Below, one piece after another: positions 19,200 to 28,361 of a DNA stretch of 64,000 nt. Within the stretch, counting starts at the first letter, position 1, and every line of letters starts with the position of its first letter. The translations under genes and the position numbers were made by a program. The stretch is taken from assembly GCA_040830765.1 (NCBI GenBank), contig JBFOMH010000005.1, positions 96,001 to 160,000 of the forward strand, written 5' to 3'. The DNA comes from Puniceicoccaceae bacterium. GTDB lineage: Bacteria; Verrucomicrobiota; Verrucomicrobiia; Opitutales; Oceanipulchritudinaceae. Under the pieces are notes generated by a model. That model did not search any database and was not told the DNA's origin. It saw nothing but the letters and a program-made list of their open reading frames with translations.

Positions 19200-20567
19200 A
19201 TGGCAAATGGTATGGGTATGCAATTGGACGATGGATCACGGGTGGCGATTGTCGGCGGCGGACCGGCGGGATCCATGTTTTGTTATTTTCTCCTCCAGAT
19301 GTCGCGTCGGATGGGCTTTGAGCTGGTAGTCGATGTCTATGAGCCGCGCGAGTTCAGCCGCCCGGGACCGGCCGGTTGCAACAACTGCGGGGGCATCATC
19401 TCGGAATGGCTCGTCCAGGCACTGGCCATGGAAGGTATCAATCTGCCGGACAAGGTGGTCCAGCGCGGGCTGGAGTCCTATTCCATGCATCTCGATGCCG
19501 GTTCGGTGAATATCGAGACGCCCCACCACGAGAAACGGATTGCCACGGTCCACCGGGGTGGCGGGCCGCGGGACGTCAAGGAGAGCACATGGGGCAGCTT
19601 TGATGCCCATGTCTTTGCGATGGCCCAGGAAGCCGGAGGCAACTGGGTCCGCAACAAGGTTGTGGAGCTGCAGTACGCGGAGGACTCCATCCAGGTAACC
19701 CCGAACAACGAGGATCCAGTTGACTACGATCTCGTCGTCATGGCCACCGGGAAACGGACCCAGGCGCTAAAGATGCTGCAAAAGCTGGATATTGGGTTTG
19801 CCCCACCGGTCATGGCCAAGGCCTACATCAGCGAAATTCACATGGGCAACGCCGAAATTACCAAGGAACTGGGCAATTCCATGCACCTTTTCCTGCCGGA
19901 CATTCCCAATGTGAAGTTCGGGGCCCTCATTCCGAAGGGGGATTATGTCACTTTCTGCATGCTGGGGAACAAAATTACCAATGATGCCGTTTCCGCTTTC
20001 ATCAACTTGCCGGAAGTCCGGGGGTGCATGCCGGCCGGTTGGGTGGTTCCGGAAAAGATGTGCCATTGTTCTCCCGGACTGGCTATCAAGGGTGCCACCA
20101 AGCCCTATGCGGATCGAATTCTGTGCGTCGGCGACTGTGGCGTCAGCCGGCTCTACAAGGATGGGATTGGGGCTGCCTACCGGGCGGCCAAGGCGGCCGC
20201 GGTGGCGGTTGTCCATGAAGGCGTCTCAGAGGCGGCCCTGGAGAAACACTACTGGCCCACCCTGCGCAACATTGCCAACGACAATAACTATGGTAAAGTG
20301 ATCTTTGAAGTGACGAAACTGGTCCAGAAGGTGCCCATGATCCGCCGCGGTGTATTGCGGATGGTCCGGCGGGAACAGGCCCATCCGGAGCGACCCCAGC
20401 GGATGAGTGAGGTCCTGTGGGACACCTTTACCGGTAGCGCTCCCTACAAGGATGTTTTCCTGCGCACCCTGAATCCCCTTTTCTTCCTGCAGTTCGGCTG
20501 GGATATCGTAGCCGGCCTGTTCAGTTTCAAAACCGAAAAAAGGAGTCTGGCCCATGAAGGAGGGTGA
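19200..20567 (+). CDS. FAD-dependent oxidoreductase, geranylgeranyl-reductase-like
   Basis: VAIVGGGPAG; GCNNCGGIIS; VGDCG...KDGIGAA second FAD motif; TATACT -10 candidate at 19165-19170. Confidence 0.8.
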   Translation: MANGMGMQLDDGSRVAIVGGGPAGSMFCYFLLQMSRRMGFELVVDVYEPREFSRPGPAGCNNCGGIISEWLVQALAMEGINLPDKVVQRGLESYSMHLDAGSVNIETPHHEKRIATVHRGGGPRDVKESTWGSFDAHVFAMAQEAGGNWVRNKVVELQYAEDSIQVTPNNEDPVDYDLVVMATGKRTQALKMLQKLDIGFAPPVMAKAYISEIHMGNAEITKELGNSMHLFLPDIPNVKFGALIPKGDYVTFCMLGNKITNDAVSAFINLPEVRGCMPAGWVVPEKMCHCSPGLAIKGATKPYADRILCVGDCGVSRLYKDGIGAAYRAAKAAAVAVVHEGVSEAALEKHYWPTLRNIANDNNYGKVIFEVTKLVQKVPMIRRGVLRMVRREQAHPERPQRMSEVLWDTFTGSAPYKDVFLRTLNPLFFLQFGWDIVAGLFSFKTEKRSLAHEGG

Positions 20568-20928
20568 ACTGGGAAAAGTGTATCAGGATGGCGAGCTGGT
20601 CGTCCGCCAAGGAGAAGTCGGTAATTGCATGTACGTCATCCAGGCCGGCGAGGTGGAAATTTTCCGCGAGGAAGATGGACGCGATATCCGACTCCGGGTC
20701 GCCGGGCCAAATGAGTTTTTTGGGGAGATGGCCCTGGTGGAGAATGATGTCCGCTCGGCCAGCGTCCGCTCGCTCGGGGAATCCCGCATCCTCCATGTAG
20801 ACAAGCGGACCTTTATGCGCCGAGTCCACGAGGATCCCTCCCTGGCCTACCGGATCATGGAGTCGCTCTCCCACGAAATCCGCCGGTTGGCTGCTGAACT
20901 GGGAGAACTGAAGGCAGAGTCCAGTTAA
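20554..20928 (+). CDS. Stand-alone cyclic nucleotide-binding domain protein
   Basis: QGEVGNCMYVIQAGEVEI; phosphate-binding cassette FGEMALVENDVRSASV; no HTH; 14-nt overlap with the upstream gene. Confidence 0.9.
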   Translation: MKEGELGKVYQDGELVVRQGEVGNCMYVIQAGEVEIFREEDGRDIRLRVAGPNEFFGEMALVENDVRSASVRSLGESRILHVDKRTFMRRVHEDPSLAYRIMESLSHEIRRLAAELGELKAESS

Positions 20929-20938
20929 GCTTTGCCAC

Positions 20939-23053
20939 TCAATAGGTATAGGCGAGCCTTACGGAGACGGCCCGCCCCGGCAATGGGATGCGCTCCCCCG
21001 CCGTGAGTGTCCCTCCCGAAGGCTGGATGGGGCCGGTCGCCACAGGTGGTTGCAGATAGGCATAGGCCAGGCGATCCAAAGCATTATGGACTGTGATGCC
21101 AATGTCCCACCCCCTGATCCTCAGGCCAAGGCCAAGGTCGAGCAGAAACCAGGCTTTGGTATCGGCATAGAGGGGATTGAGCGCGGGCTGGGGATTGATT
21201 CCTTCCCCGACGTAGCGTCCGGATATGGATAGGTCAACTGTGCCGGAATTACCCCTCCGCGTCCACAACAGTGAAAAGGCCCCCTCCCAGGGCGGAATCT
21301 CGGCCAAGCCACCGCCTCCTTCGCGTACCTTGCCAACGGTCCGGCTGTAACTGAACTCGGTCACCAGGCCACGCAAGCAACCCTCCTCGAACGGGGTCAA
21401 CTGGACTGTCGTCTCGAATCCCTTCAGCTCCGCATCTTGGTTTCGGAAGCTGTAGATCAGTGGTGTTGCCTGGATAACTTCACGGACGACAAAGTCGTCG
21501 ATACTAGCAAGCCAGGATTCCAGGTTCAGGCGAAGGCGGTTACCGTCATAACGCAGGGCAATGGAAGCGGACTGCTTGTCTTCAGGATTAAGGGCGGGAT
21601 TGCCGAGTTCCACGCCGCCGCCAAGGGCATTCAGGAATGCCCGGTAGCGTTCTCCCGGTCCCGGGGCGGCGGTCGAGAGCCCGGTACCGGCAACGAGAGT
21701 CCAGTCCGGTGCCAGGACCCATTCCCCCACGAACTGAATGGCACCGGTCCAGTCAGAAATGCGGGCCCGATCCGCCTCGGGTCCGTTAAAGGAGACAAAA
21801 TTCTCCCGCAGGGTACTGCCTTGTGCACCCGGAATCCCAACAACCGGAGCATCCATCCGACCCGCCGTCATCCGGGACCTTTCCGCCCTCGCCCCTACCC
21901 TCCAGCGAAATCCTTCGACCTCCAACTGACTCAGCTCAACAAAGGCCCCGGGGTGACGGGTTTCCACATCCGGCCAGATGGCATCCTCCAGTTCGAGCCC
22001 GGACTTGAGGGATCGTGTCCGGGTGGCATCACGATTTTGCCAGCTGTAATCCAATCCGCTCTCCAGGAGCAGCTTCTTGCCAAGGCGGATCTTGTGAACC
22101 GCAGCCGCCGAGGTACTGCGGGCCCGCGAGACCGCGTTCACCGCCTCCAGCGGGGCGGCCGGACTGATGGTGCGGTACTTGCTGGTCAGGACAGGATCGA
22201 CTTGTGCATAGCCCAAGCGGAATTCAAGCATGCCCTCCCCAAGGGCGCGTGAATAGGCCGATGTCAGAAACAGCGAATCCGTATCCACGGTATCCAGCGG
22301 CAATGACGGATTGTTGACCTTCACTTGCCGCATAAAATTGACCGCCAGATCCAGTTTTCCCTCGTTCTGCTGTTTCCAGGAAAACGCACCCATGGCCCCC
22401 CACGCCTGGTAATCCTCGTCAACAACATGTCCCGGCCCACCCGATTCGACCTTGCCGAACCGAGCGGCATGGAGGTTGGCCAGCAGACTGACAGAGTCCT
22501 TCTCGATTAAACGCGAGGAAACACTCCCGCTGGCACCGCCCGGATTGTCCATGGCCCCGGCTTCCAGACGGTCCACTCCGCCCATGGACGCATCCAACGA
22601 CAATGAAATGCGGCCACCGGTTGGTACTGGGCCTTGTGTAATCGAAGGAAAGGCACTTGTCACCTGAACCGTCCCCGGAAAAGCGTTCCCAAAGAAATTG
22701 ACTGGGGAAGCTGTCCGGGTCGGTGAGGCCAGAGGAAGATACACATGGTTGAAGGTTGTAACGACCCGATCCAGGTTCAGGCCGCGGAGATTTGGCTCCA
22801 GTGCTCCCATCCCCCGGCGTTGCATCGTCAATCCGGGAATGGATTCCAGTTCATGCCCAAGTGAAGCCGGGATTGTGGGTTGCTGAATCTCTCCCAGCAC
22901 ACGGTCACCCGGACCGAAGGCCAGTTGGCCACTTTCATGGAAATCCACGAGGAACGGAGGTAGCTGAAATACCGGTCCAGCGACCGCTTCACCAGCAAGG
23001 GTAAGTGGCAGGACGGTTAACATTCCTGAAATGGCAACAATAACCCGCTTCAC
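20939..23053 (-). CDS. TonB-dependent receptor, OprC/NosA-like
   Basis: GTG start at 23053 (GTGA overlap with the EamA stop) gives signal peptide MKRVIVAISGMLTVLPLTLAG; plug LESIPGL...EPNLRGL; GNPALNPE; HNALDRLAY; PGRAVSVRLAYTY. Confidence 0.85.
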   Translation of the reverse strand: MKRVIVAISGMLTVLPLTLAGEAVAGPVFQLPPFLVDFHESGQLAFGPGDRVLGEIQQPTIPASLGHELESIPGLTMQRRGMGALEPNLRGLNLDRVVTTFNHVYLPLASPTRTASPVNFFGNAFPGTVQVTSAFPSITQGPVPTGGRISLSLDASMGGVDRLEAGAMDNPGGASGSVSSRLIEKDSVSLLANLHAARFGKVESGGPGHVVDEDYQAWGAMGAFSWKQQNEGKLDLAVNFMRQVKVNNPSLPLDTVDTDSLFLTSAYSRALGEGMLEFRLGYAQVDPVLTSKYRTISPAAPLEAVNAVSRARSTSAAAVHKIRLGKKLLLESGLDYSWQNRDATRTRSLKSGLELEDAIWPDVETRHPGAFVELSQLEVEGFRWRVGARAERSRMTAGRMDAPVVGIPGAQGSTLRENFVSFNGPEADRARISDWTGAIQFVGEWVLAPDWTLVAGTGLSTAAPGPGERYRAFLNALGGGVELGNPALNPEDKQSASIALRYDGNRLRLNLESWLASIDDFVVREVIQATPLIYSFRNQDAELKGFETTVQLTPFEEGCLRGLVTEFSYSRTVGKVREGGGGLAEIPPWEGAFSLLWTRRGNSGTVDLSISGRYVGEGINPQPALNPLYADTKAWFLLDLGLGLRIRGWDIGITVHNALDRLAYAYLQPPVATGPIQPSGGTLTAGERIPLPGRAVSVRLAYTY

Positions 23054-23973
23054 ATCTGTACCTGTAGAACAAGGCCGGCAACACCCGCAAGGGATGCTGT
23101 CGCGCCGATAAAGTAATGTGGACGAAATATCCGCCGTTCCATGCGCTTGGCCAATGGTACTGTAAACAACGTGGCCGTTGCCACGACTGCCTGGACCAAC
23201 CCGGGATTGTTGACCTCGCGAATCGCCCACAGCATGCAACTGACCCCAAGGACGGGCCCCGCAAGGGCATTGGCAATAACCCAAATAAATGGCGGGATAC
23301 GCGGAAACGGAAGATAAGCGGAAGAAACAGCACCCATATCCGAGGTCTTGCCGGAGGAGACCCGATGCAGGAGATAAACCAATACCCCGAGACAGGCACC
23401 CCCGATCAGGCGCTGGTAAGCCGCACTGAGGGGATCGATCCCCGTCCCGGCCAGCTCAAGCCGTATGAAGGCCAGCTTGGTCAGTATCCAGCTGACCGAC
23501 TGTCCACAGGCAGCAAGGGCGGCAAAGGCCATTCCGGAGAGTAGTGTATTCTTCGATACAACGGGAAGGCGGAATGGCGCAAGTGCCACCAGCAATCCAC
23601 CAATGACTAAAACAACCAACAAGAACTGTTGAAAGCTAATCCGCTCCCCTAACAGGACCCAGGCCAGGAGCACTGTCAGGACAGCCGCGGAACATTCCAC
23701 AACCAGGAGGCTTAGAGTGGAACCGATACGGGGAAAGGCCTGGAACATGCACCAGCCACCTGCCCCGAACCCCACGATTCCGGCAAGAAAGAAGGTCAGG
23801 AATTGTCCACCTCCAAGTCCGTGTCCAAGGCCATGAGCATACATGGCGAGGAGACCCACCGCAACCAGAAGTCGCCACATGTTGGCCCGGACCGGACCGA
23901 GCGCCATTGCCGCGCGCGTGGCAAAGACCGCGGTCATGGAAAACAACAGCGTGGTTAAAATGGCGGGGGCCAA
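23050..23973 (-). CDS. DMT/EamA family transporter
   Basis: About 10 hydrophobic segments; AWVLLGERISFQQFL; two EamA-like halves. Confidence 0.85.
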   Translation of the reverse strand: MAPAILTTLLFSMTAVFATRAAMALGPVRANMWRLLVAVGLLAMYAHGLGHGLGGGQFLTFFLAGIVGFGAGGWCMFQAFPRIGSTLSLLVVECSAAVLTVLLAWVLLGERISFQQFLLVVLVIGGLLVALAPFRLPVVSKNTLLSGMAFAALAACGQSVSWILTKLAFIRLELAGTGIDPLSAAYQRLIGGACLGVLVYLLHRVSSGKTSDMGAVSSAYLPFPRIPPFIWVIANALAGPVLGVSCMLWAIREVNNPGLVQAVVATATLFTVPLAKRMERRIFRPHYFIGATASLAGVAGLVLQVQM

Positions 23974-23979
23974 TGTGCT

Positions 23980-25743
23980 TTACCTCTGGTAGACTTTTCT
24001 CTCCTTGTACTTGGTGTGCAGCAGCTTTTCAGAAAGCTCGCCCAGCGGTTCTCCAAGGAACTCCTTGTAGACCCGCTTGATCTCCGGGTTCTCGTGGGAA
24101 AAGCGGACCTCAAGGTCGTGGTCCTCATTGTAGAGGCCCTCCATGCGCTGGGAGCGTATCTTGTCATTAACCCCATAGGGCTGACCACCCCCACCGATGC
24201 ATCCACCCCGGCAGGCCATGACCTCGATGAAGTGGTACGGCGTTTCCTCGCCATTTTCGCGGGCTTCGCGAACCTTGTCCATCACCTTGTCAACATTGGC
24301 CATTCCGTGGGCAACGGCCACCCGGATGGTGGTTCCCTTGATGTCCACTGTCGCTTCCTTGACCCCTTCCAGTCCGCGTACCGGTTGAATGTCGATGGCA
24401 TCCTGAGGCAGGTTTTCGCCCGTGACGAAGTAATAGCCCGTCCGCAAGGCGGCCTCCATGACACCACCGGTCGTGCCAAAGATTGTCCCCGCTCCGGTAT
24501 ATTCCCCAAGGATGGAGTCGGCATCCTCGTCCGGCAACTCGTCAAAGGCCAGGCCGGTCTGCTTGATTAACCGGGCCAGCTCACGGGTGGTCAGGGTCAC
24601 GTCGACGTCCTGGTGGCCGGAAGCAAACATCTCATCGGTACGTTCCAGCTCATACTTCTTGGCCGTACAGGGCATGATGGAGACCTGGAAGTGCTTTGCC
24701 GGATCAATGCCCATTTTTTCGGAGTAATAGGTTTTGGCCATCACCCCGAGCATCTGCTGCGGACTCTTGGCCGTGGAGAAGTTGGCGACAAAGTCATGAT
24801 GGAATTTTTCCATGTAATCCGTCCACGCCGGGCAGCAGGAGGTTATCAAGGGCAGCGGTCCCTTGTTGTGGGCAAAACGCTGCACAAACTCCGTGGCCTC
24901 CTCCATAATCGTCAAGTCGGCCGAGAAGTTGGTATCAAAGACCGCCTTGAAGCCCATCCGCCTCAGCACCGCATAGATGCGCCGGTTGAGGTTGGTTCCC
25001 GGCGGATAGCCGAATTCCTCGCCCAGGGCCACACGGACACTCGGGGCGATCTGGACTGTGCAGTACTTTTCCTCGTCGCGAAGCGCCCGCCAGACTGTTG
25101 CTGTCTCATCGTTCTCGACAATGGCACCCGTCGGGCAATGGGCGGCGCACTGGCCACACTTGATACAGGGGGATTCAGCAAGGGAAATATCACCCGCCGG
25201 AGCCATCCGGGTCTTGATGCCGCGTTCAAGGAACGACAGCGCCCAGACGTTCTGCATCTCCTGGCATACCTGGATGCACCGTCCACACTTGATGCACTTC
25301 GTGAAGTCGATGGAGATGGAACCGTTGGACTTGTCCGGCTCGATCTCTGGAACATAGCGCTTGAACCGGTCATCCCGGATGCAGAATTCACCGGCGAGGG
25401 TCTGCAGCTCGCAATTGCCGTTCCTGCCGCAAGTGAGGCAGGAGTTGGGATGATTGGAGATGATTAACTCAAGGACGGTCCGGCGGATGGAGGTGAGCTC
25501 GCCATCATTGGTGGTGATCTCCATTCCTTCCTCCAGTGGCGTGGCACAGGCCCGTTGCATCTTTGCCCGTCCGGAGATCTTGACGATGCAGAGACCACAC
25601 GCGGCCGTTGGCAACAAGTCGGGATGCTTGCAGAGGGAGGGGATCTTAATCCCGATCATCCGGGCGGCATCAAGGATACTGGTACCGTAGGGCACTTCGA
25701 CGGCAACATTGTTTATTTTGGCCTTAACTATTTCTTGAATCAT
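23980..25743 (-). CDS. hydA: [FeFe]-hydrogenase group A catalytic subunit (HydA/HndD-like)
   Basis: H-cluster motifs TSCCPAW, MPCTAKKYE, EVMACRGGCIGGGGQP; N-terminal 2Fe-2S, His-ligated HPNSCLTCGRNGNC and two CxxCxxCxxxC; small-subunit RFSHENP...LLHTKY. Confidence 0.96.
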   Translation of the reverse strand: MIQEIVKAKINNVAVEVPYGTSILDAARMIGIKIPSLCKHPDLLPTAACGLCIVKISGRAKMQRACATPLEEGMEITTNDGELTSIRRTVLELIISNHPNSCLTCGRNGNCELQTLAGEFCIRDDRFKRYVPEIEPDKSNGSISIDFTKCIKCGRCIQVCQEMQNVWALSFLERGIKTRMAPAGDISLAESPCIKCGQCAAHCPTGAIVENDETATVWRALRDEEKYCTVQIAPSVRVALGEEFGYPPGTNLNRRIYAVLRRMGFKAVFDTNFSADLTIMEEATEFVQRFAHNKGPLPLITSCCPAWTDYMEKFHHDFVANFSTAKSPQQMLGVMAKTYYSEKMGIDPAKHFQVSIMPCTAKKYELERTDEMFASGHQDVDVTLTTRELARLIKQTGLAFDELPDEDADSILGEYTGAGTIFGTTGGVMEAALRTGYYFVTGENLPQDAIDIQPVRGLEGVKEATVDIKGTTIRVAVAHGMANVDKVMDKVREARENGEETPYHFIEVMACRGGCIGGGGQPYGVNDKIRSQRMEGLYNEDHDLEVRFSHENPEIKRVYKEFLGEPLGELSEKLLHTKYKERKVYQR

Positions 25744-25761
25744 TTTCGAAATCTCCGGTGA

Positions 25762-27720
25762 TCAGTTAGAAGCCATGGCGGCCTCAGCTTGCTGCTTCTT
25801 CATTTTGCGGGCATAGGCGGCCCCGCCCTCGATGTAAGCCATGTATTCGTCCTCGAAGTAGCGCAGGGTCGAGAGGACAGGATTGGGAGCCGTCTGTCCC
25901 AATCCGCAGAGCGAGGCGTTCTGCATGCAGTGGCAAATCCGGCGCAAGTCGTCGATGTTGCCGGCTACTCCACGGCCGCGATAAATCTGGTCGAGCAACT
26001 TCAGCATCTGGTATCCCCCAATGCGGCAGGGAGCACACTTCCCGCAGGATTCATCGACGCAGAACTCGAGATAAAACTTCGCCACATCAACCATGGAGTC
26101 GCGCTCGTCCATAACCAGCATCCCTCCGGAGCCCATGATCGAACCGAGTACCTGGAGGTCTTCATAACTGACCCCGGTATCCAGATGCTTCTGGGGAATG
26201 ACACCTCCAGACGGCCCACCGGTCTGGACCCCCTTGATATCGACATCATTCAATGCCCCACCGCAAATGTCCTCGATGATCGTCCGGATGGGTGTTCCCA
26301 TGGGTACTTCAACCAATTGGGAGTTCTTCACCTTCCCGGTCACCGCAAAAACTTTTGTCCCCTTGGACTTTTCCGTCCCACGGGAAGCAAACCACTCCGC
26401 ACCATTCTCGTAGATGGCGGCAACCGCGGCCAGGGTCTCGACGTTGTTGATCGAGGTTGGCTTTCCCCACAAGCCTTTCACCGAGGGGTATGGTGGACGT
26501 GGTTCCGGACTGCCCCGGCGTCCTTCAATGGAGGCAATCAAGGCCGTCTCCTCACCACAGACAAAAGCCCCGGCACCAAGCCGGACCTCGGCATCAAAGC
26601 AAAAGTCCGTCCCGAGGATGTTCTCCCCAATGAGGCCCTTTTCACGGGCCTGATCGATGGCCTGCTGAATGCGTTCCACGGCCAGCGGGTATTCTGCCCG
26701 GATGTAGAAAAATCCTTTACTGGCACCGATGCAGTAGGCCGCGATCATCAGGCCCTCGAGTACGGAATGGGGATCGCTCTCGAGCACGCTCCGGTCCATG
26801 AATGCGCCCGGATCCCCTTCGTCGGCGTTGCAGATGACATACTTCTGGTCGGCCGCGGGCTCCCGGGTCAGGTTCCATTTGAGCCAGGTCGGGAAGCCCG
26901 CCCCACCCCGGCCGCGGAGTCCACTCTGTTTCATTTCCTCAATGGCTTCTTCAGGACTCAATCCGGACAAGACGCGCTTCAAGCCGGTGTAGCCTTTGGC
27001 AAAGAGATAGGACTCGATGTTGTCCGGATCAATGTGTCCGCAATTCCGAAGAACCACCCGGTCCTGTGGATCCAGCACATCAACCAGCAGGTCCTCGACG
27101 ATTTTTTTCTCAACGAGACTGGTCTTGATGATCCGTCGCAGGTCCGGGGAAACCAAATCGGCATACGTCACCCCTGAGGGCAGCAGCTGCACGCACAGTC
27201 CCCGGTTGTACATTCGCATGTCGAGGGCCCGGTGCACGTGCACCTTGTCCGCCAGTCCGTGAACCGCCAGCTCCTCCTGGAGGGTCTGTTGATAGAAAGC
27301 GGTCCTGTCTTCTCCCTCCGTCGAGGTGTCCTTGACCAGGATGACAACCTGATCCTCCCCTTTCAGGTCCAGGCTGCGCTTGCGCATGGCCATTACCCGG
27401 TCGTCCAGCATCGAGTTCTCATGTCCCAGTTTCTCAATAAGATTTTCCGCATCTTCCGGGGTCATGGCGCCGTAGACAATCCGGGGGCAAATGTCGCTGC
27501 CGACAATCAACACCGGATCGGCATAGGCATATCCCAATGAACCCGTCCGCTGGATGTCCACATCCAGTCCCGACTTGTCACGGGCCTGGCAAAGGGCGTC
27601 ATAGACGTCCTGGGCTCCGGCGGCAAGACCTCCAGTATCCATGCCAACACGGATCCACTTGTGGGCCTGTTGGCGCGGCTGGGCGTAGGTTTCAAATGAT
27701 TCAAACGTCATGGTGCTCAT
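25762..27720 (-). CDS. hydB: NuoF-like diaphorase subunit of the hydrogenase (HydB/HndC-like), atypical architecture
   Basis: SGLRGRGGAGFPT; CNADEGDPGAFMDR; GAGAFVCGEETAL; GGPSGG; ESCGKCAPCR...SLCGLG. Confidence 0.93.
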   Translation of the reverse strand: MSTMTFESFETYAQPRQQAHKWIRVGMDTGGLAAGAQDVYDALCQARDKSGLDVDIQRTGSLGYAYADPVLIVGSDICPRIVYGAMTPEDAENLIEKLGHENSMLDDRVMAMRKRSLDLKGEDQVVILVKDTSTEGEDRTAFYQQTLQEELAVHGLADKVHVHRALDMRMYNRGLCVQLLPSGVTYADLVSPDLRRIIKTSLVEKKIVEDLLVDVLDPQDRVVLRNCGHIDPDNIESYLFAKGYTGLKRVLSGLSPEEAIEEMKQSGLRGRGGAGFPTWLKWNLTREPAADQKYVICNADEGDPGAFMDRSVLESDPHSVLEGLMIAAYCIGASKGFFYIRAEYPLAVERIQQAIDQAREKGLIGENILGTDFCFDAEVRLGAGAFVCGEETALIASIEGRRGSPEPRPPYPSVKGLWGKPTSINNVETLAAVAAIYENGAEWFASRGTEKSKGTKVFAVTGKVKNSQLVEVPMGTPIRTIIEDICGGALNDVDIKGVQTGGPSGGVIPQKHLDTGVSYEDLQVLGSIMGSGGMLVMDERDSMVDVAKFYLEFCVDESCGKCAPCRIGGYQMLKLLDQIYRGRGVAGNIDDLRRICHCMQNASLCGLGQTAPNPVLSTLRYFEDEYMAYIEGGAAYARKMKKQQAEAAMASN

Positions 27721-28223
27721 TTCGCTTTCTCCTTAACCTGCAAAGCTTCCTCAATATCGTTGGTCCGCAGTCTCCCGAAGGTCTTGCCATCGACTACCAT
27801 TGCCGGCGACATGCCGCAGCAACCGATGCAGCGGACGGTCTCAAGGTGATACTTGCGGTCCTCCGTGGTCAGTCCGGCCTTTACCTCCAACCGGGTCTCC
27901 ACCTCCTTGAGAATATTGGCCCCACCCTTCAGATAACAGGCCGTTCCCGTGCAAACCATTACGTCATGCTCACCCGGGGGAACAAGGCGGAAGTAATTGT
28001 AGAAAGTAATGACTTCATAGATACGGGCCAGACTGATCTCGAGGATCCGGGCCAACTCCATGGCCATGTCCCGAGGAACATACCCTTCCGCGTTCTGGAT
28101 CGAGTGCAGGATCATGATCAGGTTGCCCTCCCGATCCTTCCATTTGTCCGAATGCTCACGCACCTTCCGACGCAATGCCTCAAGACCCTCAATCGGGTAA
28201 TCCAATTCAGCTGACATACTCAT
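27717..28223 (-). CDS. hydC: NuoE-like [2Fe-2S] subunit (HydC/HndA-like)
   Basis: VCTGTACYLKG and RCIGCCGMSP; ATG 28223 preceded by AAGGGA; 4-nt overlap with hydB. Confidence 0.92.
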   Translation of the reverse strand: MSMSAELDYPIEGLEALRRKVREHSDKWKDREGNLIMILHSIQNAEGYVPRDMAMELARILEISLARIYEVITFYNYFRLVPPGEHDVMVCTGTACYLKGGANILKEVETRLEVKAGLTTEDRKYHLETVRCIGCCGMSPAMVVDGKTFGRLRTNDIEEALQVKEKAK

Positions 28224-28361
28224 TTGGTAATCCCTTTCATGCCGCGGTTTTATCAAACCGTTGCCAAACTGAAAGGAATTTCCAATCAGCAATGCTTATT
28301 AAGCGACCTGCTTAAAGTAAGAATAACTTATCCTAATTCAGCTGCCAGGTATCCGCCCCAC

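Noticed and set aside
19200..20567. Flavin-dependent halogenase
   Set aside because: Lacks the WxWxIP motif and has no biosynthetic cluster context.
23054..23284. N-terminal 77 aa of the 781-aa ORF call for the TonB receptor
   Set aside because: It overlaps the EamA gene on the same strand. A GTG at 23053 gives a proper signal peptide and translational coupling.
23980..28223. Respiratory complex I nuoEFG
   Set aside because: The large subunit has all three H-cluster motifs and there are no membrane nuo genes.
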